DNA of 64,000 nt from a virus (lineage: Duplodnaviria > Caudoviricetes): IMG/VR virus record IMGVR_UViG_3300033073_000736, positions 1-64,000 of that record. One strand, 5' to 3'. How positions within the stretch are numbered: the first letter of the stretch is position 1; every line of letters starts with the position of its first letter. Positions 7,772 to 17,174 of this stretch are shown one piece after another. The notes beneath the pieces are model-generated. The model was not told where the DNA came from and did no database searches. It worked only from the letters and a program-made list of their open reading frames with translations. Made by a program: the position numbers and the translations under genes.

Positions 7772-8278
7772 ATGAAACCAACCATCCCTGTACAGCAAGT
7801 GAAGAAAGCCCCTACTCCTGTTGTTGTGGCACAGAATACTGCTATTCCACCCTCCCGACCAAAACCTGCGTTGGCTGATACTGAATGGGAGTTTTATGAA
7901 GACATGGAACCACATGAAATGGACATCAATATTGCCAAGTTCATCCTATTCAAGGTGAAGAGTTGCAGTGAACGCGGTGTTGAGTGGAAGCTAACATTCC
8001 AAGCCGTCAAGAATTTGATGAAATCCAAGAAGTGCTATTACACTGGTCAGAAGCTGACACAGCCGGTGAAAGGGGTGGCTGGGTTTATCAAGCGTGAAAC
8101 GGATATTACACTGGATCGTATTGATTGCAAGAAAGGATATGTGAAGGGGAATGTTGTTGCTTGTTCCAGTTGGGCTAATCAGCTAAAATCTGAAGCTGAA
8201 AACAAGACAGTATTTGGGGTCGAAGATGCTGCCAAGGTTTTTGTCAAGGCATCTAAACGTTTGAAGAATGGAGAATAG
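7772..8278 (+). CDS. His-Me finger (HNH-like) endonuclease-family protein
   Basis: KCYYTG...TLDRID..KGYVKGNVVACSSWANQLK; GAGG SD before ATG 7772. Confidence 0.7.
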   Translation: MKPTIPVQQVKKAPTPVVVAQNTAIPPSRPKPALADTEWEFYEDMEPHEMDINIAKFILFKVKSCSERGVEWKLTFQAVKNLMKSKKCYYTGQKLTQPVKGVAGFIKRETDITLDRIDCKKGYVKGNVVACSSWANQLKSEAENKTVFGVEDAAKVFVKASKRLKNGE

Positions 8279-8477
8279 CATGAAACTGATGTTGTCCTAC
8301 GTCCAAGGCCCAAACAACACAATCAGTGTTGCAGATGCCAATAATATTTTTCTTGGATTTATTTGTACCAACCCATTTGGTATGTTATCATTCCACCAAG
8401 AGCAAGCACTGAACATTCAGGAACAAACTGAATTGTCTAGTGTGATGCAACAGATTCATTTTCATATTGGAGCGTAA
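8268..8477 (+). CDS. hypothetical protein
   Basis: ORF track; fits operon packing. Confidence 0.5.
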   Translation: MENSMKLMLSYVQGPNNTISVADANNIFLGFICTNPFGMLSFHQEQALNIQEQTELSSVMQQIHFHIGA

Positions 8478-8482
8478 CTGTT

Positions 8483-8674
8483 ATGAACATCTATCAAGAA
8501 AACGGTTATAAGTCCCGAAAGGACTATCTCACCTCCCTTGCAGCAGAATACGATGTAGACTATCAGTCCGTTGCTTGTCTGGCTGCTTTGCTCGGAAGTG
8601 GTGAAGATTTTGATGCACTGGTTAGTGCTGTAGAGGATATGGCAATGGCTCAAGAAGATGGGGAGATGATGTGA
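8483..8674 (+). CDS. small acidic conserved phage protein (NGY..R.DYL..LA..Y...LLG..EDFD.LV family)
   Basis: 63-aa ORF with GGAG SD; recalled recurring phage motif. Confidence 0.75.
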   Translation: MNIYQENGYKSRKDYLTSLAAEYDVDYQSVACLAALLGSGEDFDALVSAVEDMAMAQEDGEMM

Positions 8675-8841
8675 TGCCAGCAAATGTTTCTGAAGTTGAA
8701 GTGAACATCACGGTTTGTGTAAGCGACACTGGAACAGTGGATTGTTTTGCTGGTGATAGATTTGTTAACAGGTTCAAGTACGAGGCTTGGCTGAAGGAAA
8801 AGAAAGAGAGTGGGCGATTGCTACGACCACTATATCCTTGA
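8674..8841 (+). CDS. small hypothetical protein (MPANVSEVEV..., 55 aa)
   Basis: Read by hand; below the ORF-track cutoff; TGATG coupling to the upstream gene. Confidence 0.5.
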   Translation: MPANVSEVEVNITVCVSDTGTVDCFAGDRFVNRFKYEAWLKEKKESGRLLRPLYP

Positions 8842-9031
8842 TGATAATAACATCGGTGGTGGATTGATGCTGTGTTATGAATCTGAATATTACGATCCAT
8901 ACGAATCCAATCCTTTTTACATTCCATATCATGTTGATGTCTTGACAGGGGAATGGGTTGTATCTACAATACCGGATATTCCCGCACTGTCTGACAATAC
9001 ACTTGAACACTTCGAGGAAAATGACCAATGA
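8810..9031 (+). CDS. hypothetical protein (start may be at 8867)
   Basis: ORF track; ATGA overlap with the next gene. Confidence 0.45.
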   Translation: MGDCYDHYILDDNNIGGGLMLCYESEYYDPYESNPFYIPYHVDVLTGEWVVSTIPDIPALSDNTLEHFEENDQ

Positions 9032-9195
9032 AGAGTTGGCTAAAGGCTTTTACACACAATGTCATTGTACATCCACTGATGATGTTTCTTCCAACTAACC
9101 TTGCAAATTGGTTGCACGATAAAAATGCAAGTTGGGCATTCGGGTTAGAGCGCTACGATGAACTAGCTCTAGAAAAGCGGCGAGAAAAGACATGA
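9028..9195 (+). CDS. small hypothetical protein (MKSWLKAFTHNVIVHPLMMFLP..., 55 aa)
   Basis: Read by hand; GAGG SD; ATGA overlaps at both ends. Confidence 0.6.
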   Translation: MKSWLKAFTHNVIVHPLMMFLPTNLANWLHDKNASWAFGLERYDELALEKRREKT

Positions 9196-9425
9196 AAATG
9201 CACGAAGCTATTCAAGCCTTGCTGCTTCCAGAGAACAAAGAGATGTGGGCAAGACCATGTTGTTGGGCTGGATGGCATCAGGCTTATTGCCTAGACCGCA
9301 GGTCGTTGTCTTTGATGCTTGTTCCAAGTAATCGTGGTGGCGAGTATCACATGACTTACACCATCCGTCACTTGATTGATGATTGGGAAATTGTTAGTCC
9401 CGACACTGTGCTGGGTGGAAAATAA
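9192..9425 (+). CDS. hypothetical protein
   Basis: 77-aa ORF in a tight operon. Confidence 0.6.
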   Translation: MKMHEAIQALLLPENKEMWARPCCWAGWHQAYCLDRRSLSLMLVPSNRGGEYHMTYTIRHLIDDWEIVSPDTVLGGK

Positions 9426-9426
9426 T

Positions 9427-9624
9427 ATGAACATTCCAGAAGCCACTATTAACAAATGGCTAGAAAGCCTTAAAGACAGTGCAGACGACCTGTACCGCGA
9501 CAGCCGTCTTAATGGCGGGGTTGTCAAAGAGCAGATGTCAAGTGAGGCAGAAGGTATTGAAAGTGCTGTCTATTACATCCGCAGGAAACTTAGGGAGCTG
9601 AAAAATGACATTACGAATCAGTGA
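9427..9624 (+). CDS. hypothetical protein
   Basis: ATG at 9427 immediately after the upstream stop. Confidence 0.6.
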   Translation: MNIPEATINKWLESLKDSADDLYRDSRLNGGVVKEQMSSEAEGIESAVYYIRRKLRELKNDITNQ

Positions 9625-9859
9625 AATTGAAGGAAGTGACAAGCTTCGTGTTGACCTTATTCACAGCATTCTTGGCAAAGAATATGTGTATGTCCAAGGA
9701 TATATTGAGCATGACAAAGATGACTGGAACAGTTGGTATTTCTACATTGTTGATCCATCTGTTGCCCCATCGTTAATCTTGTTCGGTCTGGAAGAGCTTG
9801 AAATAATTAGTAATGCAATTAGAGACAAACAAAATGGCGTCCCTTTTAAAGCCTCGTGA
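9605..9859 (+). CDS. hypothetical protein
   Basis: 84-aa ORF with GGAG SD. Confidence 0.6.
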   Translation: MTLRISEIEGSDKLRVDLIHSILGKEYVYVQGYIEHDKDDWNSWYFYIVDPSVAPSLILFGLEELEIISNAIRDKQNGVPFKAS

Positions 9860-10100
9860 CTTCAAGTTGGTAAAACTGTACAAGTGGCATACAACCGAGA
9901 ATCCAGATTCCTCGTTAATTCCCTGTATTGTCTGGTGGAAGAAGGGAAATGAAACAGATGGCTACTGGCTCAAGGGGGAATTGTTGTGCAGGCAGTTTCC
10001 TAATGGTGAAGTGGTGGAAATTGCAGATACACTTGATTCCTTGTGTGAGAAGTTGTACAATCGCTATCTTGATTTGTTTTATTCCTGGAATGAAGAATGA
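9834..10100 (+). CDS. hypothetical protein
   Basis: ORF track; internal ATG preferred. Confidence 0.55.
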   Translation: MASLLKPRDFKLVKLYKWHTTENPDSSLIPCIVWWKKGNETDGYWLKGELLCRQFPNGEVVEIADTLDSLCEKLYNRYLDLFYSWNEE

Positions 10101-10288
10101 ACACATACGTCCTGCTTTTCATCGTCGACTCTAACATCGGCACGACACAAGCGCCACGTTATGAGAGTTTGACAAGTATTCAGCAAGAATACACTAGCAA
10201 AAATTCTTGTAATGTTGCTCTTGCATCCCTGTTGAAGCAAGTTTATAATCGTGCTGATGTCTTAACAGCACAATGTACGGAGAAATGA
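10097..10288 (+). CDS. hypothetical protein
   Basis: ATGA overlap. Confidence 0.55.
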   Translation: MNTYVLLFIVDSNIGTTQAPRYESLTSIQQEYTSKNSCNVALASLLKQVYNRADVLTAQCTEK

Positions 10289-10289
10289 A

Positions 10290-10481
10290 ATGCCAGTAAT
10301 CGAAGTAGTTGCAATGTTGTTTGGTGGAATCAGTTTTGTGTTGACATTTGTCTATGCAGCACAAGTGTTCAAATCAATTCCTTATTTTGACACAGATGCG
10401 TTGACAAACACGTTGTTCAGTGCTATTGTTTTCCTTGTATGTGTAGGGACTTTCTCCTACGTTGAACTTGTTAAGCCCTGA
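10290..10481 (+). CDS. small membrane protein (2 TM)
   Basis: Two hydrophobic stretches; GGAG SD. Confidence 0.6.
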   Translation: MPVIEVVAMLFGGISFVLTFVYAAQVFKSIPYFDTDALTNTLFSAIVFLVCVGTFSYVELVKP

Positions 10482-10618
10482 CAAGACAGCGTAAGAATCA
10501 ATTCTGTTGCTGATTTGATGTGTAAAAAGCACATCAAATCACATTTATTGGTTTCAGGCAGTACGTTTGTACATCTTGAATGTGTCAGTTTATTTTACAA
10601 TGTATTTTCACATTGTTG

Positions 10619-10647
10619 TTGACAGACCTATCTTGTTGAAATATGAT
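10619..10647 (+). promoter_or_regulatory. sigma70-type promoter TTGACA-N17-TATGAT
   Basis: Near-consensus; followed by a CAACACAAACAAC leader. Confidence 0.75.
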
Positions 10648-10683
10648 GTCCACATCAACACAAACAACCAAAGGTAAACTGAA

Positions 10684-11415
10684 ATGAGCAACATATCTTC
10701 TTCTGTAAGTCGCGGATACAAAGTTTTTAATAGTGACTGGACTTGCCGGGGATTCCGGTTTGAAGTGGGACAGACATACAGCTTGCCTGACGGACAACGA
10801 CCTGTTCCTTGTGAACAAGGATTTCATTTCTGCGAAATTGCGGTAGATTGCTTTAATTACTACAGTTTTGATCCGTCAAATAAAGTCGCTATTGTTGAGG
10901 CGATTGGGGATGTGGTGGTTGATGCCGACAAGTCTTGTACTAATGTAATAAATGTGGTTGAAGAGGTTTCTTGGGAAAAACTATTGACGTTGGTTAATGT
11001 CGGAAAAGGTAACTCTGGTTACCAAAACTCTGGTGATCGAAACTCTGGTAACTGGAACTCTGGTAACTGGAACTCTGGTAACTGGAACTCTGGTTACCTA
11101 AACTCTACAACCCCTACTACGATTCGTATATTCAATAAGGACGTAGATGTGAAGGTTTGGGAAAAGGCGCATATCCCTGATTTCTTTCACTTCAATATTA
11201 CTCTTTTTGTTCCTGAATACGAAATGTCAAAGGAAGAAAAAGAACAAAACGAGGGATGGGAAGCTGTTGGTGGGTACTTGAAGGTAGTGGATTACAAAGA
11301 AGCATGGCAAGAAAGTTATAGGAATGCTTCTCAAGAAGATCGTGAATTAGTGAAACAACTACCCAACTTCGATGCAGATGTATTCTTTGAAATTACAGGT
11401 ATTCGGGTTGAATGA
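10684..11415 (+). CDS. pentapeptide (NSGxx) repeat phage protein
   Basis: GYKVF...CRGF.FEVG...GFHFC N-terminal domain, then six NSGxx repeats, then LPNFDADVFFEITGI. Confidence 0.85.
   Translation: MSNISSSVSRGYKVFNSDWTCRGFRFEVGQTYSLPDGQRPVPCEQGFHFCEIAVDCFNYYSFDPSNKVAIVEAIGDVVVDADKSCTNVINVVEEVSWEKLLTLVNVGKGNSGYQNSGDRNSGNWNSGNWNSGNWNSGYLNSTTPTTIRIFNKDVDVKVWEKAHIPDFFHFNITLFVPEYEMSKEEKEQNEGWEAVGGYLKVVDYKEAWQESYRNASQEDRELVKQLPNFDADVFFEITGIRVE
11011..11106 (+). repeat. 15-bp coding tandem repeat (AACTCTGGTAACTGG)
   Basis: Six units plus a partial seventh; three identical consecutive units. Confidence 0.9.
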
Positions 11416-11425
11416 GGAAAATGAT

Positions 11426-11659
11426 ATGAAACATATCAAAATGCTGTCTCTGTCCAAGTCTAATGGGAAATGGTATGCACGGCTTGAAACACGAAGCTGG
11501 ATGATGGGGTGGATTACGAAGAACAACATCATCGCTTCAGGACAATTATCTAGTGATGGAAGTGTGTTTACAAGCAATTGTTCTGTTGTCAGCGACAAGC
11601 CAATTGATGTAGAATTGGTGAAGAATGCTGTATTTCAACAGTGGCGTGTGTTTGGGTGA
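11426..11659 (+). CDS. hypothetical protein
   Basis: GAGG SD before ATG 11426. Confidence 0.6.
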   Translation: MKHIKMLSLSKSNGKWYARLETRSWMMGWITKNNIIASGQLSSDGSVFTSNCSVVSDKPIDVELVKNAVFQQWRVFG

Positions 11660-11669
11660 GAGGAATAAA

Positions 11670-11945
11670 ATGCTTTCACAAAAGATGCAGATGAAAATTA
11701 GTCTTGTTGCTCATGCCATGGTGACATCTGATTTCTCAATGATGTGCAATCCACGGTTTCGTGGTGAGAAGTTTGAATGGCACAAGTTTACAGCAATGGT
11801 AGTGGGTCGCATCAAGTCTGAGCTTTTCATCTATTTCCGAGAAGATCAGAAGATCACGAAAGAAATGCTGGACTTTGCTCAAGATGAATGTGAAAGGTTG
11901 TGTGACAAGATGTTAAGTAATTCTGGATTTCTTGAGGATGAATAA
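11670..11945 (+). CDS. hypothetical protein
   Basis: GAGG SD; stop overlaps the primase start (TAATG). Confidence 0.65.
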   Translation: MLSQKMQMKISLVAHAMVTSDFSMMCNPRFRGEKFEWHKFTAMVVGRIKSELFIYFREDQKITKEMLDFAQDECERLCDKMLSNSGFLEDE

Positions 11946-14575
11946 TGGCAGATGTGCTGCGTCACGAACAATGTCCGCAATGTGCAGCTAACGGGAATGA
12001 CCGAAGCCATGACAACATGGCTGTTTATTCCGATGGCGGGAAGCATTGCTTTGCTTGTGGTTATCATGTATTTGGAACAGAAGATTGGAATGAAGAGAGT
12101 ATGAGTGTAGAAAACATTAAAGATTTTAGTGAAGAATCAAAACAGAAGATTAAGGACAGCACGTCCACTAAAGGGAAAGGGTATCGTGGGTTGGATGATA
12201 AAATCACTGGCCCGTTCGGTGTTCGTTACGAATATGATGAATCCACTGGTGCTGTGGCAAAGCAATACTATCCTGTGACTATCAAGGGAGAGTTGAGTGG
12301 TTACAAGATTCGTAAGCATCCTAAGTCATTCTTGTCCGTTGGTGAGACAGGGAAAGTATGTGACCTGTTTGGTCAGTTCAAATTCAAGACTGGCGGGAAA
12401 TATGTGTTGATTGCTGGTGGTGAGTGTTTTCCGGGGCATGTGGAGGTTCTTACAGAGGATGGTTTTGTACGATTTGACAACCTTGAAAAAGGTGTGAAAG
12501 TCTACCAGCACAGTTTTGATGGTAGCGGGGACTTTGTTGTACCTTATGCTTATACTGAGAAAAACTATAGTGGTAACATCATCCACACAAAGTCGTCTCG
12601 GTATGATGTTGTTTGTACAGATAACCATAATTTGGTCTATATTACACAGACCAATAAAGTTATTGTACAACCAGCATCTCAACACTTTTCAGTCGGCTGG
12701 AGCCTTCCCGTTGCGAGCAACTATTCTGGGAACGGGATAAACCTTACTAATGATGAAATTGCACTGGTTATTGCAATTTGTGCCGATAGTAAACTTGACC
12801 ACCGGGTTAGGACTAATAAGCAAGCTCATTTTGCATTTGTAAAAGAGCGAAAAATTACTCGACTTAAGGGGATTCTTGAACGGCTTGAAATTCCGTATAC
12901 CTCTTATACCAGTACTTGGGCAGAGGGCAAGACTTATACAACTTTTAATCTAAAGATTCCTGATTATGTGTCAGATAAGTTTTTACCTGTGTCTTGGTTG
13001 ACAGATGCCAATAAAGAGCAGGCAGAGTTTATTCTCAATGAAATTATTCATTGGGATGGAAATCTTGTGAAAGAACGCGACGCTTTTGAGTTCAACAGCA
13101 AGCATAAGCGAGAAGTGGATTTTGTACAAGCTCTGGCTGCTTTGACGGGGCGATATGCTGCTGTTCGATTCCGAAAAAATCAGTACGGAGAATGGTGGAG
13201 TACACGAGTAAGTGGGAAAAAGAACAAAGTTTCGTGCCAGTCTATCAAAAAGACAACCGAGCACTTTAATGGTAAGGTATACTGCGTGTCTGTTCCGACA
13301 GGAATGATTGTTGTGCGGAATAACGGGAAAATTGCAGTTGTGGGGAATTGTGATCAGCTTTCTGCTTATCAGATGCTGCGTGAATATCAACTTAGTAAGA
13401 GTGGCGGGGAGGATTATGCTCCCATTGCTGTCGTCTCCCCAACAATTGGAGAGAATTGCAAGAAGCAGATTCAGAAACAGTACGACTTTCTTAACCAGTT
13501 TGAACGTATTGTTGTTGGTTTTGATAATGATGAGGCTGGACGTAAGGCTACTGAAGATGTAATTGATGTCCTTCCTCGCGGTAAGGTGTGGATTGCCAAT
13601 TGGAGTTATAAAGACCCCAATGAATATCTGGTTAATGGAAAAAGCAGGGAGTTTATTCGGGATTTTTACAATGCTGAAAAACATACACCAGCAGGTGTTA
13701 TTGCTAGTGACAAAATCTTTGAAGAAGTGCTGAAGCGGGCAGAAAGTGACAAACTTCCATTTGCACCATTTCTTGATGGATTGAATGAAATGCTTGCTGG
13801 TGGTATCACTTACGGATTTATTGTCAACATTCTTGCCGGGTCAGGATGTGGTAAGTCTGCACTCATCAATGAAAATGTTATTCATTGGACTAAGAAGTTA
13901 GATGTCAAGGTGGGTGTTGTTAGTTTGGAAGCCGATGCCGGATACTACGGCGAACAGCTTCTTAGCCGATATATTGGTAAGAAGATTGCATTAATTGACA
14001 ACAAGGAGGATAAGGTAAAGCTGCTTACTTCTGACGATACAAAGCGACTGGCACATGAACTATTTACGAGTGCGGATGGAAGTCCTTCATTCTATATCCT
14101 TGATGATCGAGGTGATTTCAGTCAGTTGCAGGAAAAGATTGAAGAATTGGTTGTTGCCTTCGGTGTACGTGTGATCATTATTGATGTTATCAGTGACGTT
14201 TTTGCTGGAATGACAATTGAACAAGTGGACAAATGGATGCAGTGGGAGAAGTGTCTTGTCAAGCAATACAATTGTATATTGGTGAATATCGCTCATGTTC
14301 GCAAAGCATCTGGTGGTGAACAAGCAGGCAGTCAAGGGGCGTTCCTTACTGAAGAAAGCATTCTTGGGAGTGGCAGTCAATTCCGAAGTGCAGGGATTAA
14401 CATCTCTTTGCAACGGGATAAGAATGCTGAAGATGAGGTTGAACGCAACACTACTTACGTACATCTTTTGAAGTCTCGTGACACTGGTATGACAGGGAAG
14501 GCTTGTGAAGTATACTACGATCTAAAGAGTCATACGTTGTATGATAAGGAATACTACTTCTCTCATGTGACTTGA
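11945..14575 (+). CDS. T7 gp4-like primase-helicase precursor containing an intein
   Basis: Zn ribbon CPQC...CFAC; TOPRIM GGE|CD and FDND; helicase Walker A AGSGCGKS and Walker B IIID. Confidence 0.95.
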   Translation: MADVLRHEQCPQCAANGNDRSHDNMAVYSDGGKHCFACGYHVFGTEDWNEESMSVENIKDFSEESKQKIKDSTSTKGKGYRGLDDKITGPFGVRYEYDESTGAVAKQYYPVTIKGELSGYKIRKHPKSFLSVGETGKVCDLFGQFKFKTGGKYVLIAGGECFPGHVEVLTEDGFVRFDNLEKGVKVYQHSFDGSGDFVVPYAYTEKNYSGNIIHTKSSRYDVVCTDNHNLVYITQTNKVIVQPASQHFSVGWSLPVASNYSGNGINLTNDEIALVIAICADSKLDHRVRTNKQAHFAFVKERKITRLKGILERLEIPYTSYTSTWAEGKTYTTFNLKIPDYVSDKFLPVSWLTDANKEQAEFILNEIIHWDGNLVKERDAFEFNSKHKREVDFVQALAALTGRYAAVRFRKNQYGEWWSTRVSGKKNKVSCQSIKKTTEHFNGKVYCVSVPTGMIVVRNNGKIAVVGNCDQLSAYQMLREYQLSKSGGEDYAPIAVVSPTIGENCKKQIQKQYDFLNQFERIVVGFDNDEAGRKATEDVIDVLPRGKVWIANWSYKDPNEYLVNGKSREFIRDFYNAEKHTPAGVIASDKIFEEVLKRAESDKLPFAPFLDGLNEMLAGGITYGFIVNILAGSGCGKSALINENVIHWTKKLDVKVGVVSLEADAGYYGEQLLSRYIGKKIALIDNKEDKVKLLTSDDTKRLAHELFTSADGSPSFYILDDRGDFSQLQEKIEELVVAFGVRVIIIDVISDVFAGMTIEQVDKWMQWEKCLVKQYNCILVNIAHVRKASGGEQAGSQGAFLTEESILGSGSQFRSAGINISLQRDKNAEDEVERNTTYVHLLKSRDTGMTGKACEVYYDLKSHTLYDKEYYFSHVT
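12425..13348 (+). mobile_element. intein (308 aa) with LAGLIDADG homing endonuclease domain
   Basis: Begins CFPGHVEVLT.DG, has blocks IAICADS and IIHWDG, ends VYCVSVPTG..VVR....AVVGN followed by +1 Cys. Confidence 0.92.
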
Positions 14576-14590
14576 CATCCTCTCTAATTA

Positions 14591-14620
14591 GCCCGACAAT
14601 ACGTTCGGGCTTTTTCTTTT
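14591..14620 (+). terminator. Rho-independent terminator
   Basis: GCCCGA-N8-TCGGGC followed by TTTTTCTTTT. Confidence 0.8.
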
Positions 14621-14634
14621 TATGGAGAACAATT

Positions 14635-14853
14635 ATGCGACCTTCGCCTAAGTATTGGTGGGATTTTCGTGACAGTTACATCATCGTTGAAAGCGATCAT
14701 GATGAGTTCCCGCTGCTTGCAAAGTGGTATTTTTTCAACAACCAAGAAGCAGGACACTTGATTGATTGTGCCGAAGAACTCATTTCTGATTTGACGGCTG
14801 GAAGGACTGACCCACGAAAACTGTACAAACAGTTTCTTAAAGAAGGAGCATAA
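14635..14853 (+). CDS. hypothetical protein
   Basis: GGAG SD before ATG 14635. Confidence 0.7.
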   Translation: MRPSPKYWWDFRDSYIIVESDHDEFPLLAKWYFFNNQEAGHLIDCAEELISDLTAGRTDPRKLYKQFLKEGA

Positions 14854-14855
14854 TC

Positions 14856-16514
14856 GTGAACCTCAAACATTACGTTGCTGACATCGAAACCTACCCCAAT
14901 TGCTTCACCATTGCCGTCAAGCGTGTTGATGGGAAGCATTCCAATGTTTTTGAATGTAGTGAACAACAGAATGACGTTTCTCGCATCCTGAAGATGCTGG
15001 ATTGGTTGCATGACAATGATGGGTGTATGGTGGGGTTCAATATCATCAACTTTGATTATCCTGTGCTACACGAACTGATTCAGAAGCGCAACATCCTCCC
15101 AAAGACAGGGAAAGGAATAGCTACAATGATGTATCGTGCTGCACAGAAGCAGATTGACAGTTTTAAAGGGGACGGGTTTGGTAACACTGTCAAGGAAGAT
15201 GAACGCTATTTCAAGTTGATTGACTTGTATAAGATTCATCATTTTGACAACAAGGCTCGTGCAACATCACTGAAGATGCTTGAGTTCAACATGCGTGAAC
15301 AGAACATTTCCGACCTTCCGTATCCGGTTGGTAGCACACTTACACCTGAACAGATTGCTGTGTTGAAAAAATACAATATGCACGATGTCAACATGACTTT
15401 GGCTTTCTACAACAAGTCACAAGAACAGATTCAATTCCGTGAACAACTTAGCGCAAAGTACAATCGTGACTTCACCAATCACAACGATACCAAGATTGGT
15501 AAGGATTACTTTATCATGCGGCTTGAAGAAGAAGGTATTCCTACATCTATTGTAAAACATGGTAAGAAAACACTGATTCAAAGCAAGCGTCCGTTCATTG
15601 ACATCCGAGATTGTTTGTTCTCGTATTACGACTTTGAACGTCCAGAGTTTATTGCAATTGTTGAATGGTTCAAGCAACAACGTATCACTGAAACAAAAGG
15701 TGTATTCACTGATATTCTTGAGTACAAACTTGGGGATGTTGCCAAGTACGCCGAGATGGTTGTGAAGCGAAAGAAACTCAAAAGCAAGCCAACTGAAGCA
15801 GAGGAAAAACAAATAAAGAAAGAGAATCCACTGTGCTGGGTTGAGGAAGTGGAATTGAAGGCCAAGGAAACTAAAGCCAATGGTGGAGGGTTTAAGAAAG
15901 CCTACTGGCATTGTTGGAGAGTGGCTGAGACGTTGAATGTTGTTGTGGATGGTTTCAGATTTGACTTTGGTACAGGTGGTATTCATGGAAGTATTGAAAG
16001 CAAGATTGTGAAGGAATCTGAGAATTGGAAGATTCGAGATTACGATGTAGAATCTTTCTATCCCAACATGGCAATTAGTAACCGAGTCTATCCCGAACAC
16101 TTGACCGAGAAGTTCTGCGACATCTATGCAGATGTTTTCAATCAGCGCAAGATGTACAAAAAGGGTACGGCTGAGAATGCTATGATGAAACTCGCATTGA
16201 ATGGCGTCTATGGTGAAACGAATAACCAATATAGTGTGTTCTATGACCCAAAGTATACAATGACAATTACAGTTGGTGGACAACTTACATTATGTTTGCT
16301 TGTAGACATGTGGATGCGAGAAGGGTTGAAATTCAAAATGATAATGGCAAATACAGATGGTGTTACAATTGCTGTACACAAAAAACACTATGAAATGTGT
16401 GATACAATTGCTAAGAAATGGGAGGATATAGTGAAATTAAAACTGGAGAGTGTTGACTACTCAGCAATGTATATCCAAAATGTAAATTCGTATATTGCCG
16501 TCTATAAGGAGTAA
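14856..16514 (+). CDS. family B DNA polymerase, N-terminal part (3'-5' exonuclease plus palm/fingers)
   Basis: Exo DIET, FNIINFD and YNMHDV; pol motifs DVESFYP, KLALNGVYG and NTDG; ends IAVYKE*. Confidence 0.93.
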   Translation: MNLKHYVADIETYPNCFTIAVKRVDGKHSNVFECSEQQNDVSRILKMLDWLHDNDGCMVGFNIINFDYPVLHELIQKRNILPKTGKGIATMMYRAAQKQIDSFKGDGFGNTVKEDERYFKLIDLYKIHHFDNKARATSLKMLEFNMREQNISDLPYPVGSTLTPEQIAVLKKYNMHDVNMTLAFYNKSQEQIQFREQLSAKYNRDFTNHNDTKIGKDYFIMRLEEEGIPTSIVKHGKKTLIQSKRPFIDIRDCLFSYYDFERPEFIAIVEWFKQQRITETKGVFTDILEYKLGDVAKYAEMVVKRKKLKSKPTEAEEKQIKKENPLCWVEEVELKAKETKANGGGFKKAYWHCWRVAETLNVVVDGFRFDFGTGGIHGSIESKIVKESENWKIRDYDVESFYPNMAISNRVYPEHLTEKFCDIYADVFNQRKMYKKGTAENAMMKLALNGVYGETNNQYSVFYDPKYTMTITVGGQLTLCLLVDMWMREGLKFKMIMANTDGVTIAVHKKHYEMCDTIAKKWEDIVKLKLESVDYSAMYIQNVNSYIAVYKE

Positions 16515-16517
16515 AAC

Positions 16518-17174
16518 GTGAATCCTAAATTATTACCAAAAAGTGGTGGAATATATTCCATTAAAAACACCTTGAATGGTAAAATATATATTGGCAGAAC
16601 AAGATCGTTTTATAGAAGATGCCACCAGTACATATATGATTTTAACAATAGATCAATCGGGCATATCAATGATCATCTTTTTAGAGCTATGAGCAAATAT
16701 GGGCTGGAGTCATTTGCATTTGACATCGTCGAACATTGTGATATTGATATTCAACCAGAGCGAGAGTTATACTGGATCATTGCACTGAACACAACAGATA
16801 GAAGGTTTGGGTATAACATTAGATTAGATGTTGGCGGAGCCATGGTAGTATCCGAGGAGACATCTCATAAAATAAGTAGTAATTTAAAAACTCAATGGGC
16901 TAGTGGCATAAGAGATAACCATTCAAAAAAATTAAAGGAATCATGGTTATACAGAGATAGATCAGCACAAGGTAAACTATTCTCAAAGTATTTGACTTTG
17001 TATGAATATATTGTAAATTTCAATAGCGATAATGAGATTATTGCGGATTACAAGAAACTTTGCGAAATGGGCCTGAAGTCAGCACTAAGTTCTTTCTATA
17101 GAAAGAAGTCTGATACTATTGTCTTGAAAGGTATCACTATTCACAGGAGAGCAGTCAATGAAAGTGAAACGTAA
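16518..17174 (+). mobile_element. free-standing GIY-YIG homing endonuclease inserted in the DNA polymerase gene
   Basis: GIYSI...KIYIG...R...E...GYN; AT-rich; abuts both polymerase fragments. Confidence 0.9.

Noticed and set aside
16509-17157. T4 gene 60-like ribosomal bypass from GAG-TAA to an in-frame GAG just before the second polymerase ATG
   Set aside because: The gap is ~640 nt and the landing GAG is simply part of the SD; independent initiation is more parsimonious.
16514-17160. Group I intron or intein around the GIY-YIG gene in the polymerase
   Set aside because: Coding sequence abuts on both sides (3-nt gap, 17-nt overlap); there are no P7 elements and no intein termini.
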